The position numbers were made by a program, and so were the translations under genes. Below, piece after piece: positions 1 through 16,119 of a DNA stretch of 64,000 bases. Source of the stretch: Octopus sinensis. Taxonomy: Eukaryota. Position 1 is the first letter of the stretch. Every line of letters begins with the position of its first letter. The notes beneath the pieces are model-generated. The model searched no databases. It saw only the letters and a list, made by a program, of their open reading frames with translations, and had not been told where the DNA came from. The stretch lies in the NCBI RefSeq assembly GCF_006345805.1, contig NW_021834233.1, positions 15,268 to 79,267 of the forward strand, written 5' to 3'.

Positions 1-913
1 ATAGGTATTTCGTGCGTCATCACGTTCTGAGTTCAAATTCCGCCGAGGTCGACTTTGCCTTTCATCCTTTCGGGGTCGATAAATTAAGTACTAGTTACGC
101 CCTGGGGTCGATATAATCGACTTAATCCGTTTGACTGTCCTTGTTTGTCCTCTCTGTGTTTAGCCCCTTGTGGGTAGTAAAGAAATAGAAATAGGTATTT
201 CGTCCGTCATCACGTTCCGAGTACAAATTTCGCCGAGGTCGACTTTGCCTTTCGTCAATTGGGAATCGATAAATTAAGTATACACGTTTGAAACGCGGCG
301 AGCTGGCAGAGACGTTAGCACGCCGGACGAAATGCGTAGCCGTATTTCGCCTGCCGTTACGTTCTGAGTTCAAATTCCGCCGAGTCGACTTTGCCTTTCA
401 TCCTTTCGGGATCTATAAATTAAGTACCAGGTACGCTCTGGGGTCGATGTAATCGACTTAATCTGTTTGTCTGTCCTTGTTTGTCCCCTCCATGTTTAGC
501 CCCTTGTGGGCAGTAAAGAAATAAGAAACGTTAGCACCCCGGGCGAAATGCTTAGCGGTATTTCGTCCGTCATCACGTCCTGAGTACAAATTCCGCCGAG
601 GTCGACTTTGCCTTTCATCCTTTCGGGGTCGATAAATTAAGAACCAGTTACGCACTGGGGTCGATATAATCGACTTAATCCGTTTGTCTTTCCTTGTTTG
701 TCCTCTCTGTGTTTAGCCCCTTGTGGGCAGTAAAGAAATAAGAAACGTTAGCACGCCGGGCGAAATGCTTATCAGTACTTCGTCTGTCATCACGTTCTGA
801 GTTGAAATTCCGCCTAGATCGAGTTTGCTTTTCGTCCTTTCGGGATCGATAAATAAAGTACCAGCCACCTCCCCCCAAAATTTCGGCCTGCTGCCTAGAG
901 TCGAAAAGAATAT
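1..913 (+). mobile_element. Tandem array of tRNA-derived SINE units (family A, Meta-domain-like core), ending in the alternative tail B
   Basis: Repeated ~185-230 bp units with a B-box (GAGTTCAAATTCC), core GCCTTTCATCCTTTCGGGGTCGATAAATTAAGTACC and tail AGCCCCTTGTGGGTAGTAAAGAAAT. A full head GGCGAGCTGGCAGA starts near 295. The last unit ends CCCCCCAAAATTTCGGCC...CCTAGAGTCGAAAAG. The Meta-domain name is from recollection of the core. Confidence 0.85.
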
Positions 914-1461
914 TAGGACACATTATATTATGCCGTCATAAACTGTCATGAACTGTGAAGTCCAAATATCCTCCAAAAAATGTAATTATCTTGGAAGCTG
1001 AACATATTATATTGAACAGTTAAAAATAATACTTTTGTGAATAATATCACCCGATGATCAACATATTGTATTATATTATATTTATTATATATATTGCATG
1101 AGATTGAAATGATGCATATTCTATAGGGAGCATTGAAGCTGAGAAATAGTAACCAAATATATTTAAATTTTACCAAAATATCTTAAATAAGGACAAGATA
1201 TATATAGCATAATGTACTGCTATATTCACATATAGGAGGGGAAAAATTATATTGAATGTATTGGAATAGCTACAATCATACGTCATCTAGTTCAGGGCAG
1301 ATCAGATGCTTAACGCTAAATTGGTCGTCGTCGTCGTCGTGGTTATTGTCATTGGCATCGTCGTCGTCGTCATCATCATGATTGTGATCGTCGAGTTCGA
1401 CGTCAACATTATTATGATCATCATCGTTGTCGAGTCGTCGTCATCGTCATCATCATCGTCC

Positions 1462-1940
<479 letters not shown>

Positions 1941-1948
1941 ATATAATA

Positions 1949-2733
1949 AGGCGGTGACCTGGCAGAACCGTTAGCACGTCGGGCGAGATGCTTGGTGATA
2001 TTTCGTCTGCCGCTACATTCTGAGTTCAAATTCTGCCGAGGTCAACTTTGCTTTCCATCATTTCGGGGTCGATTAAATAAGTACCAGTTACGCACTGGGG
2101 TCGATATAATCGACTTAATCCGTTTGTCTGTCCTTGTTTGTCCTCACTATGTTTAGCCCCTTGTGGGTAATAAAGAAATATGTATTTCTTCTGCTGTTAC
2201 GTTCTGAGTTCAAATTCTGCCGCGGTCGAATTTGCCTTTCATCCTTTCGGGGTCGATTAAATAAGTACTAGTTACGCATTGAGGTCGATATGATCGACTT
2301 AATCCGTTTGTCTTTCCTAGTTTGTCCTCTCTATGTTTAGCCCCTTGTGGGTAATAAAGAAATAGGTATTTCGTCTGCTGTTACGTTCTGAGTTCAAATT
2401 CCACCGCGGTAGAATTTGCCTTTCATCCTTTCGGGGTCGATTAAATAAGTACTAGATACGCATTGAGGTCGATATAATCGACTTAATCCGTTTGTCTGTC
2501 CTTGTTTGTCCCTTCTGTGTATAGCCCCTTGTGGGTAGTAAAGAAATAAGTATTTCGTCGGGCGCGACGCTCTGAGTTCTAATCCCGCCGAGGTCGATTT
2601 TACCTTTCATTCTTTCGTGGTCGATTAAATAAGTACCAGTTACGCACTGAGGTCAATATAATCGACTTAATCCGTTTGTCTGTCCTTGTTTGTCCCTTCT
2701 TTGTGTAGCCCCTTGTGGGCAGTAAGGAAATAA
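1949..2733 (+). mobile_element. Family A SINE array, one head plus 4 core+tail units
   Basis: Head GGCGGTGACCTGGCAGAACCG at 1949; further units rejoin at (G)GTATTTC near 2181, 2363 and 2548. Confidence 0.9.
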
Positions 2734-3009
2734 GATATATCGATATTTAGTAGTTGTCAACATCATTATCATCGTACGTATCGTTAGTATCGTCATTAGT
2801 ATTCATCGTTGTCGTCAACAACAACAACAACAACGACGACGGCAATGCAACAACGACAACTGCAATAACAACAACAACAACAACAACTTGATGAACTGTA
2901 GCATGAGGAGCATCATTCACGGCAGGCGGTAGTAGCATCAGCATCGGCATCAGCAGTAGCAGCACCAGCAGGAGTAGTACCACCATCATCGTCATCATCA
3001 TCATCATTG

Positions 3010-3056
<47 letters not shown>

Positions 3057-3324
3057 AACAGCAGCAGCAGTGGCGTTGACGACGACGTAAATAATGTTAA
3101 ATATCCTTCTATAGATGGACCAAATAAATACCTAGTTTTGTAAACAAAGGAAACTAAAATGGCGGATAAGTCAGACATCGGTGTCCGGATTTCTCTCACT
3201 GACATCATGTGTTCTTTTTTAATTCTTATTTTTCCAATATCAAATTGATTTTGTGTTGCATATGAGACAACAGTATATCTAAGAGTTAGCGTTACTTCTT
3301 GGCGATAAATAATAAATGGTGAAG

Positions 3325-3352
3325 ATGCGTATATATATACATGCATACATTC

Positions 3353-3385
<33 letters not shown>

Positions 3386-3533
3386 CTATATATATATATA
3401 TATATATATATGTATTATATATATATATATTAGATATAATAAAATATATATATATGTATATACATATATATCATACATACACAATTATATACATATATAT
3501 ATATCGACATAAATATATCTATAATATATATAC

Positions 3534-3570
<37 letters not shown>

Positions 3571-3755
3571 TGTATACGTATATATATATATGTATGCATA
3601 TATATACATACATAATTATAAGTATTCATATAAACACACACACCATATTAACATATATATATATATATAGATATGTATATATATATATGAATGTATTTAT
3701 ATACGCACACACACCACACACATATGTATACACGTCACGTAAATATGCATATATG

Positions 3756-3789
<34 letters not shown>

Positions 3790-4072
3790 CTGCAAGAAAG
3801 AGAGAAAGAGAGAGAGAGAGAAAGAGAGGGAGACAGTGATCGAAGGAGAAAGAGAGAGAAGTGAGAGAGTATTACTCACGCACAAACCACACATATGCGT
3901 ACTCAGCGTGATTCTCTCTACATATCATTAATAATCTTATGTGTTTTTTTTTAACGATTCTGTGTATCTATTGCGTATATGTGAGCGAAGGACATAACTT
4001 TACACAGGTATATAGGTAAGATAGATGGACAGACAGATAGGTAAATAGATAGATAGATGGATAGATAGATAG

Positions 4073-4118
<46 letters not shown>

Positions 4119-4267
4119 AGAGAGAGACAGACAGACAGACACACAGATAGATATATAGATAGATAGATAGATAGATCAGATTGATAGATAGATAGATAGA
4201 CAGAGAGACAGACAGACAGATAGATAGACAGAGAGACAGACAGACAGACAGATAGATAGATAGATAG

Positions 4268-4305
<38 letters not shown>

Positions 4306-4351
4306 TATAGATAGATAGACAGATAGATAGATAGAGAAGATAGATAGATAA

Positions 4352-4394
<43 letters not shown>

Positions 4395-4475
4395 GTATAT
4401 AGTTAGATAGATAGATAGATTGATAGATAGATAGAAAGATAGATAGATAGATAGATAGAGAAGATAGATAGATAA

Positions 4476-4516
<41 letters not shown>

Positions 4517-4554
4517 GTATATAGTTAGATAGATAGATAGATTGATAGATAGAT

Positions 4555-4585
<31 letters not shown>

Positions 4586-5279
4586 AGATAGATAGATAAC
4601 ATAGATGGATAGTTAGATAGATAGGCAAGATAGATAGATAAGATAGACAGAGAGAGATAAAGAGATAGAGAGAGAAAGAAAGAAAGAGAGAGAAAGAATG
4701 AGTGAGAGAGAGTTGGTAGTTGAGACAAAGAGTGAAAACGTATTTAACTTTACGGTTGGTCGTGGAAGAAAGCCTCTTTCGAATATGCACAGAATATCGT
4801 GAAAACAGCTGATACAAGGGACGCAACTGATATTGGTTTAGCTACAGTAAAAAATAGTTCTCTTAATTAATTGAATAGAGTTTTATGATAGATTTTCGGG
4901 GGGAAAAAAATAGGCGTCTCCATGGATACCAAAATAAATAGATCAATAAAAAATTTGAAAACAAAAAGAAATTATAATGATAAATAAAATAAAAATAAAA
5001 GACAAACAAATGAGATAAAATAATATAAACAAACAGGTGAATGTCTCAATTTGCTTACAACTATCTCTCAATTTTTGTTTAGATATGTATGGATATATGT
5101 ACGTATCTGTCTGTCTGTTTACCTATCAATCTATTTATCTACCTACCTACGTCGTACATATCTACGTACGTACGTACTTATCTACTTACTTAACTACCTA
5201 CCTACCTACCTACCTACCTACCTACCTACCTAACTACCTGTCTACCTATCTACCTACCTACCTACCTACCTACCTACCA

Positions 5280-5312
<33 letters not shown>

Positions 5313-5452
5313 CCGATCTACCTACCGACCTACCTATCTACTTACCTACCTACCTACCTACTTAACTACCTACCTACCTACCTACCTACCTATCTACCTG
5401 TCTATCTACCTGTCTATCAATCAATCAAACTATGTATGTATGTATGTATCTA

Positions 5453-5512
<60 letters not shown>

Positions 5513-5660
5513 CCTGTCTGTCTGTCTGTCTCTGTCAACCTATTTATCTATCTATGTATCTATCTACTTATCTCTCTCTCTTTCTTTCATTTTCTCTCTC
5601 TCTGTGTCTTTCTCTCTATCTATTTATGTCTCTCTCACTTTCTCTCTCTCTCTCTCCCTC
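3325..5660. repeat. Compound microsatellites (TA)n, (GA)n, (GATA)n, (CA)n, (TACC)n, with a ~130-bp compound unit duplicated at ~4320-4580
   Basis: Direct reading. Confidence 0.9.
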
Positions 5661-5899
5661 TCTCTTTCTGTCTTAGCCCGTCTGTCTATTTATGTGTATG
5701 TGTCTGTGTACGTATGTATGCATATATTCACGCCACAAAACACTCGGAGAAATAGTCATTGAGTTCTAAATACTTGTAAATCCGCGAAAATTCTTACTGT
5801 TTCCCTCGTTGATGAAGAGGATGATGATGATGATGATGATGGTCGAGGATTATCAGAATTATTAGGATCTCGTTAACAGTAATACTTGCCGTGAGGAAG

Positions 5900-6270
5900 A
5901 CGATGTGGATGACAACGACGACGACGACGATGACGAGGACGATGACGACGACAACAGCTAAGATAACGTGGGCGAAGTTGGCGATGTTGAAGACCAACAA
6001 TGATGATGATGGCAATGATGGTGATGGTGATGATGATAATGGTGACGATGATGATTAGGATGATGGTGATAATAATAATGATGATGATGATGATGATGAC
6101 GATGATGATGATGATGACGATTAGGATGATGACGATTAGGATGATGATGATGATGATTAGGATGATGATGATGATGAGGATGATGATTAGGATGATGATG
6201 ATTGTGATGATGATGATGATGTTGATGATGATGATGATTAGGATGATGATGATGATGATGATGATGATTG

Positions 6271-6302
<32 letters not shown>

Positions 6303-6467
6303 AAGATGATGATTAGGATGATGATGATGATGATTAGGATGATGATTAGTATGATGATGATGATGATGATGACGATTAGTATAATGATGATGATGATGAT
6401 GATGATGATGATTAGGATGATGATTAGTATGATGATGATGATGATGATGATTATGACGATTAGTATA

Positions 6468-6504
<37 letters not shown>

Positions 6505-6815
6505 CGACGACGATGATTAGTATAATGATGATGATGTTGATAGTGATCCTTTTGTAATTCTGGATGAACTTGAACTTTACGACTTACGTATAATTAAAAT
6601 TATCGCGCGAACGGTCCCCATTCTGTATAACCGAAGTACCACGACGACGGCGTTGATACCGATGGGGATTATGACGATGACGGTGATAGTGATGACGATC
6701 GGACAGACTGCCGCCCCAACTGATGATGGCGAGGAAGACGTCGATGAAGATGGGGACGACTGTGGATGATTATCCTGATGATGATGATGGCGATGACAAC
6801 GATGATGATGATGAC

Positions 6816-6846
<31 letters not shown>

Positions 6847-7070
6847 TTGATGATGATGATGATGATGATGACGATGACGATGTTGATGATGATGACGACG
6901 ATCAATGACGACTATTACGATGATGATGATGACGACGATGAGGATGACGATGACGACAATGATGTTGACGACAATGATGATGAAGATGGTGACGATGATG
7001 ATGATGATGACGATGACGATGATGTTTATGATGGTGATAGTGATTCTGCTGATAGCGACAATAATTGATG
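5900..7070. repeat. (GAT)n/(GAC)n trinucleotide region
   Basis: Direct reading; TAG interruptions recur. Confidence 0.9.
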
Positions 7071-7733
7071 TTTGCATAAAACCTATCAGCATCTTAAGTG
7101 TTGCGTGGTGAAATTCATCAGCACAATTCGTAGAATCATTACCACAACCTCCGCCACCAGTACTAGAAGCACCAGCAGCCCGAGAACCACCAACACTACT
7201 ACCACCACGACCACCACCACTACTAATAGCACGGGCTTCACTAGCTCCACCAGTATCATCATCAGCATCACCCTCAGTACCCTAATCAATCTAACGTCGG
7301 CTAATCCAATCTCACCGGCTCTCATATCGGAACTTGCTCTACCGAAACACACAGGTGTAGATACTTAAATTCCCAATACCGACTACCCAACCTTTCAAGC
7401 CTTCACGACTACCACGACTACCACCACAACCACTACCACGATCGTCACCAACATCGACATAAAGAGCAGATCAGGTTCCCGCGATACAGACAAATTCTTC
7501 TAAGTGAACATATAGAGAAATGTGCAGGTAACATCAAACCAAATTTCAGAGTCTCTTCCTTCTACCAGTGCAAAGATACAATTTCTCTACAAGAACATCT
7601 AAATAAAGAAACTTTTTTCATCGAAAAATACAGAACACATCTAAAAATACACGCATAACCAAATTTGAATATCTTTAATTTACGATTACATCACTGTACA
7701 TATATCTCACCACTAAACTAGTTTTCGAACTTT

Positions 7734-7803
<70 letters not shown>

Positions 7804-8122
7804 TTCCCAACCGCTACTGAAAACTGAAGGTTATCTCCATTGCGCACAATAATAAAGATACCCAATAACCTCCCCTTAGTTTTTCTACTGTTTTTATCAC
7901 TCACTAGAAAATATCACACACAACTTGGACCAAAAGAAGTTCTTTAAGAAAATAAGTATTTAAATACGTATTTAAATTAATGTCATGAATAGCAAGAGCG
8001 AAACCGGTCGATATGCTAAAAATCATATTGAAACTATGTAAAGTGTGTGCTTTTGCCGTCTTTAATTTCTTATATGTATTGCAACCCACTATGTAGAGGT
8101 AATCGAAATCCTCCTTTTCTAC

Positions 8123-8162
<40 letters not shown>

Positions 8163-8539
8163 GTGTATATATATATGTATGTATGTATGTAGGTGTGCTT
8201 ATATATATATATATGTATATGTAGTATGTATGTATGTATGTATGTATGTATATATATACATACACAGACATACGTACATACGTATATACATATACCCATA
8301 CAAGGAGAATTCCGTTAGGAACGTAGCAGAGTACAAAATAGAAATCTTTCAGCCTTAGAAATTGCTAAATAGCCTGTAATATACCAGATCTAGGCTTAGG
8401 CATTCATCGTCTGTGAAAAATATATACATACATATATCGTAAATTTGCCTTCTTAGCTTTACTCACGATGTTTGAATAAAATACTGTGTTGTCGCCGTTG
8501 GAACGTCTTCCGTCATCGATTTCCAACGTAAGATCTGAC

Positions 8540-9200
<661 letters not shown>

Positions 9201-9326
9201 CAACAACGCTAACAACTACAGCAGCCCCATCGCCAAAAAAAAAACGTTACTTCGTCGAAGAAACTCCAACACAGCCGCTATTAAAGCCACTACAATTACC
9301 ACACACCGCTACAGCTATATATATAT

Positions 9327-9378
<52 letters not shown>

Positions 9379-9644
9379 CCTGATCTACTCACGCAAACAA
9401 ACACACACATCTGCAATGCACGGAGGCACACAGACACACACACACCTACACACACACACACACGCATACACTCATACATACAGTAAGTCATACACGCACA
9501 TGAAGAGAAGAGTGATTAAACGCACCTACTAGAGAGACCTACTCGAATACTCGTACCACATACATTATGCAAAGAGAAACAAAAAAAAAAACACAAAGCC
9601 ACAAAATCTAACACACACACAGGCACACATACACACACGTTCAT

Positions 9645-9866
9645 CCACGTGACACTGGCTGTCACACGGGAATCAGAGCTAAAACTGACCAATCACAACC
9701 TTTCTCAACCTTTCAGTTTATTTCAACTCTTCTCTGTCGATTTCTTTTTCTCTCTTTTCTTCTGCTTCCGACCAAACCTACCCTGCTCTCCATCTCTCAT
9801 AATCTCATTGCAAATATATCTTTCTTTACACTTCAGACTCTCCCTCTGTTCATCCATCTTGTAAGA
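9645..9866 (+). promoter_or_regulatory. Candidate Pol II promoter (E-box plus CCAAT box) and possible non-coding first exon
   Basis: CCACGTGAC (9645-9653), TGACCAATCAC (9686-9696), a pyrimidine-rich leader and a donor-like CTT|GTAAGA at 9861. Confidence 0.35.
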
Positions 9867-9969
9867 TTCACTGTGTATATATTCTTTTATAAATCTTTTT
9901 CATGTGTTTTCTTGTTTATGAGCAATTTTGTTTTTTACTTCTTTCAGCACGTTTTCTATAACATTTTTA

Positions 9970-9975
9970 TCTATG

Positions 9976-10060
<85 letters not shown>

Positions 10061-10254
10061 ATCTATCTGTATATCTATTTATCTATCCATCTATGTCTAC
10101 CTACTTAATTATTCATTTACCCCCCCCCCCTCTCTCTCTCTATATATATATATATATCTACCTACCTATCTACTTACCTACCTACTTACATACCTACCTA
10201 CCCACCTACCTACCGGTATATATATATGTATGAATGCATCTGTCTATCTCTGTC

Positions 10255-10322
<68 letters not shown>

Positions 10323-10600
10323 ACTACGTGTCTATCTCTATCTATTTACCCCCATACATACGTTCATACAAACACGCGTTCATACCAATTCGCCCACCTA
10401 TACACCTACATACAAAACTATCTGCCTGCCTATCAGCCTACTTGCCTACGTAACTTCCTACGTACGTACGTACTTATCTACCTACCTATACCTACATACC
10501 TACCTACCTACCTACCTACCTACCTACCTACCTACCTACCTACCTACCTACCATCCTATCTACCTACCTACCTACCTACCTAACTACCTACCTACCTACA
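9970..10600. repeat. (TATC)n and (TACC)n tetranucleotide tracts
   Basis: Direct reading. Confidence 0.9.
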
Positions 10601-11048
10601 TACGTTCATACATGCATCCGCTCATACCAGCGTACACTCGTATCATTCCTAACGACATACCTTCATATCCATATATCTTATAGAGATAGTGAGTAGTTAG
10701 CAAGAATCAGCAGACCGTCAGACCAATATCGACCGTCCAGTTTATGAGTTGAAATCTCGGTGGCATCAACTTTGTCTTCTTTCAGTCTCTTAGGTGAGAG
10801 GGTTGGCTTAAAATAAGTGCCAAAGAAAAACACACACTTACTCACACACACATACACACATACACACGCACACAAAAAACCCCCCGGAAAATAAAGTAAA
10901 ATATAGTAAATAAAATATATCTCACACTGAAGCGTCCATACGCACGCATCAAGCCAACCAAAAAACGCAACGCTATAAAAAAAAAAGAGACAAAAAACGT
11001 CTCTGATTCATTCGCTTTCTTTCTTTCCTCTCTTAATCATCTCTTGTT

Positions 11049-11093
<45 letters not shown>

Positions 11094-11475
11094 ATATATA
11101 GATATATATAGATATATATACACTATATATATACATATATATATACATATATAATATATATAATATATATATATATATATACATCATAGATATACATACA
11201 CATATATATATACATATATATATACATATATATATATTATACATACATATGTACATATATATACATATTATATATATGTATACATACATATATATATATA
11301 CATATATACATATATACCTATAATATACATATATATATATATATATATTATATCAAATATATATGTACATGCGAATATTTATATATACGCACACAATTAT
11401 GTGTACATACATAGACACATGCACGCAAATATATATATCTATATATATATATATGTATATATATATGTATGTATG

Positions 11476-11507
<32 letters not shown>

Positions 11508-11852
11508 ATATATATTATACATACGCACAAGCACTCAGGCGCGCATATACACTAGTATATGTAAGTATATATATACACTAGTATGTGTATGTATTTAAGC
11601 AATGTTTCGTAAAGATATAATAATAAAACAGAGCGGTAGCTGAGAAAATGGGTTAACACAAGTCTACTTGCAGATATTTTTAATGATTGTATTGAATGTG
11701 ACTTTGAAGATACCTCCGAAACGATGAGCCTAAACACAAGTGAAACTCCGAAATTTCGACCAATAAAATCACTATTTGATAATATATATTCTGTGTGTCG
11801 TTGTATGAGCCCAAGCATAATTACATTATGCAAGAAAGTATATATGTATACA

Positions 11853-11927
<75 letters not shown>

Positions 11928-12966
11928 ATCGTTACATCGATGAATGCATGCGTATATGTGCCTAAGCCCAAGAGATAAACAAATACTGTGTACCATGAAA
12001 GATTTTAATATTGTATTTCAACTCATCCAGTTGCTGTCACTCTGCTATTTTCCTTTGGCAAACCTATTTCTCGATATGGTTCAGGATATTATCTTTTCCA
12101 ACAGAATTTACTCTTATGTCAGCTAGTCGTAGCTATTTTAATTCTGTAAAGCTAGAATGAAAATTTCACCTTAATCGCTAGACCGTTTTCATCGCTATTT
12201 TTTCTGTATTTTTTCTGCTTGATCCACGACAAAAGACTATATGTATTAAATTGAGATAATCGGATATGACCTGGAAACTAGACTCGTCTGTCCGCCTTCA
12301 AACCATGATATATTTTGTTTTATGTACTTACTTGTCTGTCGGCGCGGAAATTGATCAGACATTCTCAAGTAGTTTATTTGGAATGGTGAATCAATCGGAC
12401 GACGGTCAACACCAATGTAATTGTCAATTGGATTAGCAGACACTCACCCAAATTTACACATGAATACACCAATATACGTATATCCATTTGTACATACATA
12501 CATACATACGTACATACATACATACATACATATTATATATGTATATATGTATGTATTTGTGTATAGCTATTAATTTATCTATCTATCTATAAATCTATCT
12601 CTGAGTGTGTGTGTGTCCGTCGGGAGGCTGAATGGAGAGAGAGAGAGAGAGAGGGAGCGAAAGAGAGAGAAGGAGAGTGAGGGAGAAGTCTATATTAAAA
12701 TTCCTCCGAGCGTTTCAATTTTATAGTTGTTCGGAGCCTTGGAACATATAATCAAAATGCATACAGATGCCCAAACGCAAGAGATCCACCGGAAGCACTT
12801 TATGACATTAAGTTACACATAACTATGCTTCATCAATTTGGTTGATAATCTACGTGCCGGACTTTCGTGTCTGCATCACCAAAGGTCATGTGTGTGTGTG
12901 TGTGTTTGCGTGAGTGTATGCGTGTATGTGTGTGTACAGATACATAGACGTATCTATCTATCTATA

Positions 12967-13013
<47 letters not shown>

Positions 13014-13046
13014 ATATATATATCTATCTACACACACACACACGCG

Positions 13047-13090
<44 letters not shown>

Positions 13091-14876
13091 GTGGTAAAAC
13101 CATAGGAGTTCGACTTCTAGCATAATGGATGTTCACTTAGTGGTCATCCTCTTATATGTATGTAATATAATTTTTCTGAATCTCCAGATTTTTCTATATG
13201 CTAGACTACGGGTTTTAAATTGGTATTAATCAAATTAATATTCAATTTTTCAGCCTTCGTATTTTAAATATATATATATGTACAGAAGTTTAAAAAAACA
13301 CGATTTTAGAACGAGTGTCCAATTTTTTTTAACTAAAACCCTTTAAAATGTTGTCCCACCATGACTTAATTCCAATAACTTAGACAAGCAATAGGGAGCC
13401 ATGAGTAAAAAGATTTTCGATAATGTAGTCAGCAATTTATGCATATATATATAAATTGCTGACTTCACGCACCCCGCCACACACACATATAGATGATAGA
13501 TCGATAGATAATTGTTGTAGGAGAAGTCTGTATACTTACAACGTAGAACTACAGCCAGGTCATGTCATATGTGTATCCATCCTCTGTGATGAACACTTCA
13601 AAATTATCAAAGGCAGTTACAGTTTTGAATTATTTTTGGTTTCGAATAAACGTTTTCTCCATAAACGTTTTCGAAATCATCTTTTTTTTAGCTATATTTA
13701 AATATCAGCTTTTCACAGTTCTATCGTATATAGGTTTCTACCTCTAACCACTTGTACCTCTTGATACATGTGGTGGATACTCTCTATTGCTACCCTTCAT
13801 GTTAATGTAGAGATGTTAAAGGATAGGCTTTATATAGTTTTCTGGTAGTAGTATCGTAAATATGAAAATATACACGTACACGCATACAACTATGTATGTT
13901 TGTCCGTATATCGTGTATGTGTGCTCTGGGTGTGTGTGGTGTATACTCTGTGTGTGTGTGGCGTATGCTCTGTGTGTGTTGTGTGCTTGTGTGCGTATGT
14001 ACTGTATATGTGGGGTGCTTGTCTGTGTGAGTGCGGTGTGTCTGTAGTGTGTGAATGTGTGTTTGTGTGTGTGTGCAAATTTATGTGTATATTTACGTCT
14101 GTGTTTTACACCAATCGCTGCTTGACACCGTAGGTTGGTTTGTCTGCGTCCCAGTTGCCTAGCGGTTAGTCTTATAGGCTGATAGAAAAATTACCGAACA
14201 AAACAAAAACGAAAGCAAAAAAAAAAAAAAAATCAATCTTAGAACTAGTGTCTATTTTTTGTTGTTGACAAAATCTCTTTAATATGTTGTCCAATCATGA
14301 CTTCATTCCTATAACTGACAGGAGTAACAGACAGCTCTGAGTAAAAATGGTTTGGATGACGTAGTCAACAATATATGATAGTACAAGTTAGCTTCAAACG
14401 AAACAACCAGAAAGCTATTTTAGGCTGACGTTATGTAAAAAAGACAACATTTGTCTATCTCCATCACTATCTCATTCGATGAAGAAGAGCAAAAAGCTGA
14501 AAAGTGAACTCATTCAAATTCTTAAGATAATTCAAGTTACAGAAGTTTTATTGAATAAATGAACTTCTTGAACTATTAAGGTTTTTTGAAGTTCAATTAA
14601 ATGAATAATATTCGTAATAATGAATTCTTGAACAATTTAATTAATCCATTTAGAATAATGACATAAACGGTATAAAGAATTATTCTGTAAGGCCAAATTA
14701 TTCGAGATAATTAATTAGTAATGAGACAAATTATTAATTAAATGCTTTTCTAGTAAATGGGTTTTGCATTATTTTTCCAAAACCCGTGATAACTTATACT
14801 TATGTATAGATAATAATGCGTCATTTTTTGTTGAGAAAGAGTAAAGAAACACACAAAAGAAGAAACAAAGAGATAC

Positions 14877-14931
<55 letters not shown>

Positions 14932-15096
14932 AACCACACACACACACACATACACACACATACCACACACAAACTCACACATATATATATATACACATAT
15001 ATATATATTTACGTACATATATAACATATATATTCATATACATACATATATATTCATATACATACATATATATATATATAATATATATATATATAT

Positions 15097-15145
<49 letters not shown>

Positions 15146-15714
15146 ACATACACACACATATACATACACACATATGTCCACATACTCATATATAATTTTT
15201 CTAAATTTTTTGTGTTGATAATACGTAATTTACGTGTTTTTGAAAAATAAAAAGATATCGTTAGTAACTCACAGACGCAAACTTACATACAGAAAAACAC
15301 ATACAAACATATATTTATAATGCTATATATATGTATATATATATGTATGTATATATATATATATAAGTATTTATATATATAAATATGTATGTATATATAT
15401 ATATATATATATGCATATATATCTAGCTACTACTGCCTTTCGCATCAAGTAGTTGGCTTGACCACACGTATGTGTTTGTGCTCCGTTTGCCTTCAGGCAT
15501 TTTTACCACAGCCAGCCCTATACTCAACTCGTCCTGTCGAAAGACGCTTGTCCTGACGTCCTGGTTTTGTTATGATTGTTTTTACGTTATTTTGTATTTT
15601 TATCCGTGCTTTCTTTATTGTTTTTACGTATTTTTGAATTTTATTTTTTTCGAGTAACATCGTCCGTTTTTCCGTCACCGTGTTGTATACTTTCGAGGTT
15701 TTCTTCCAAGGAAT

Positions 15715-15782
15715 CTAATGCGATTGGCTTAGATTTCCCTTGGTTGGCTGCCCAGATTGGAGCAATCTCAAGATTAATCAGC
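15715..15782. promoter_or_regulatory. Candidate regulatory element with two ATTGG boxes 33 bp apart
   Basis: GATTGG at 15722 and 15755, plus TAATGCGATT and a palindromic GATTAATC, in a unique island. Confidence 0.25.
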
Positions 15783-16048
15783 CGAAATTGCGAAGATGAT
15801 CTGGTTCTTGACTGATGACTGAGAGCTTCGAAAGTCCCGTCTGTGTGTTTTTTTGCCGTCTTCAAAATGTTTCACGTTCTTGTCCCAGTTTGTGTTTTTT
15901 TTAACATTTACCTATATATGCATATATATATTTATATAAGTATATATGTATATATATATAATATATATATATATATTTATATATGAATATATTATATATA
16001 TATATATATATATATAGATATATATATGTATATATGTAAATATATGTA

Positions 16049-16119
<71 letters not shown>

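Noticed and set aside
3157-3249. AAAATGGCGG (YY1/Kozak-like) followed by a 29-codon ORF
   Set aside because: It is a single short motif with no donor or other promoter features.
11650-11840. Open frame DIFNDCIECDFEDTSE... after a TTGCAG acceptor-like site
   Set aside because: There is no good donor, the frame runs into (TA)n, and no motif was recognised, so support is insufficient.
15811-15842. CTGATGA...GAAA hammerhead-like string
   Set aside because: There are extra nucleotides before a weak stem II and no stem I or III pairing.
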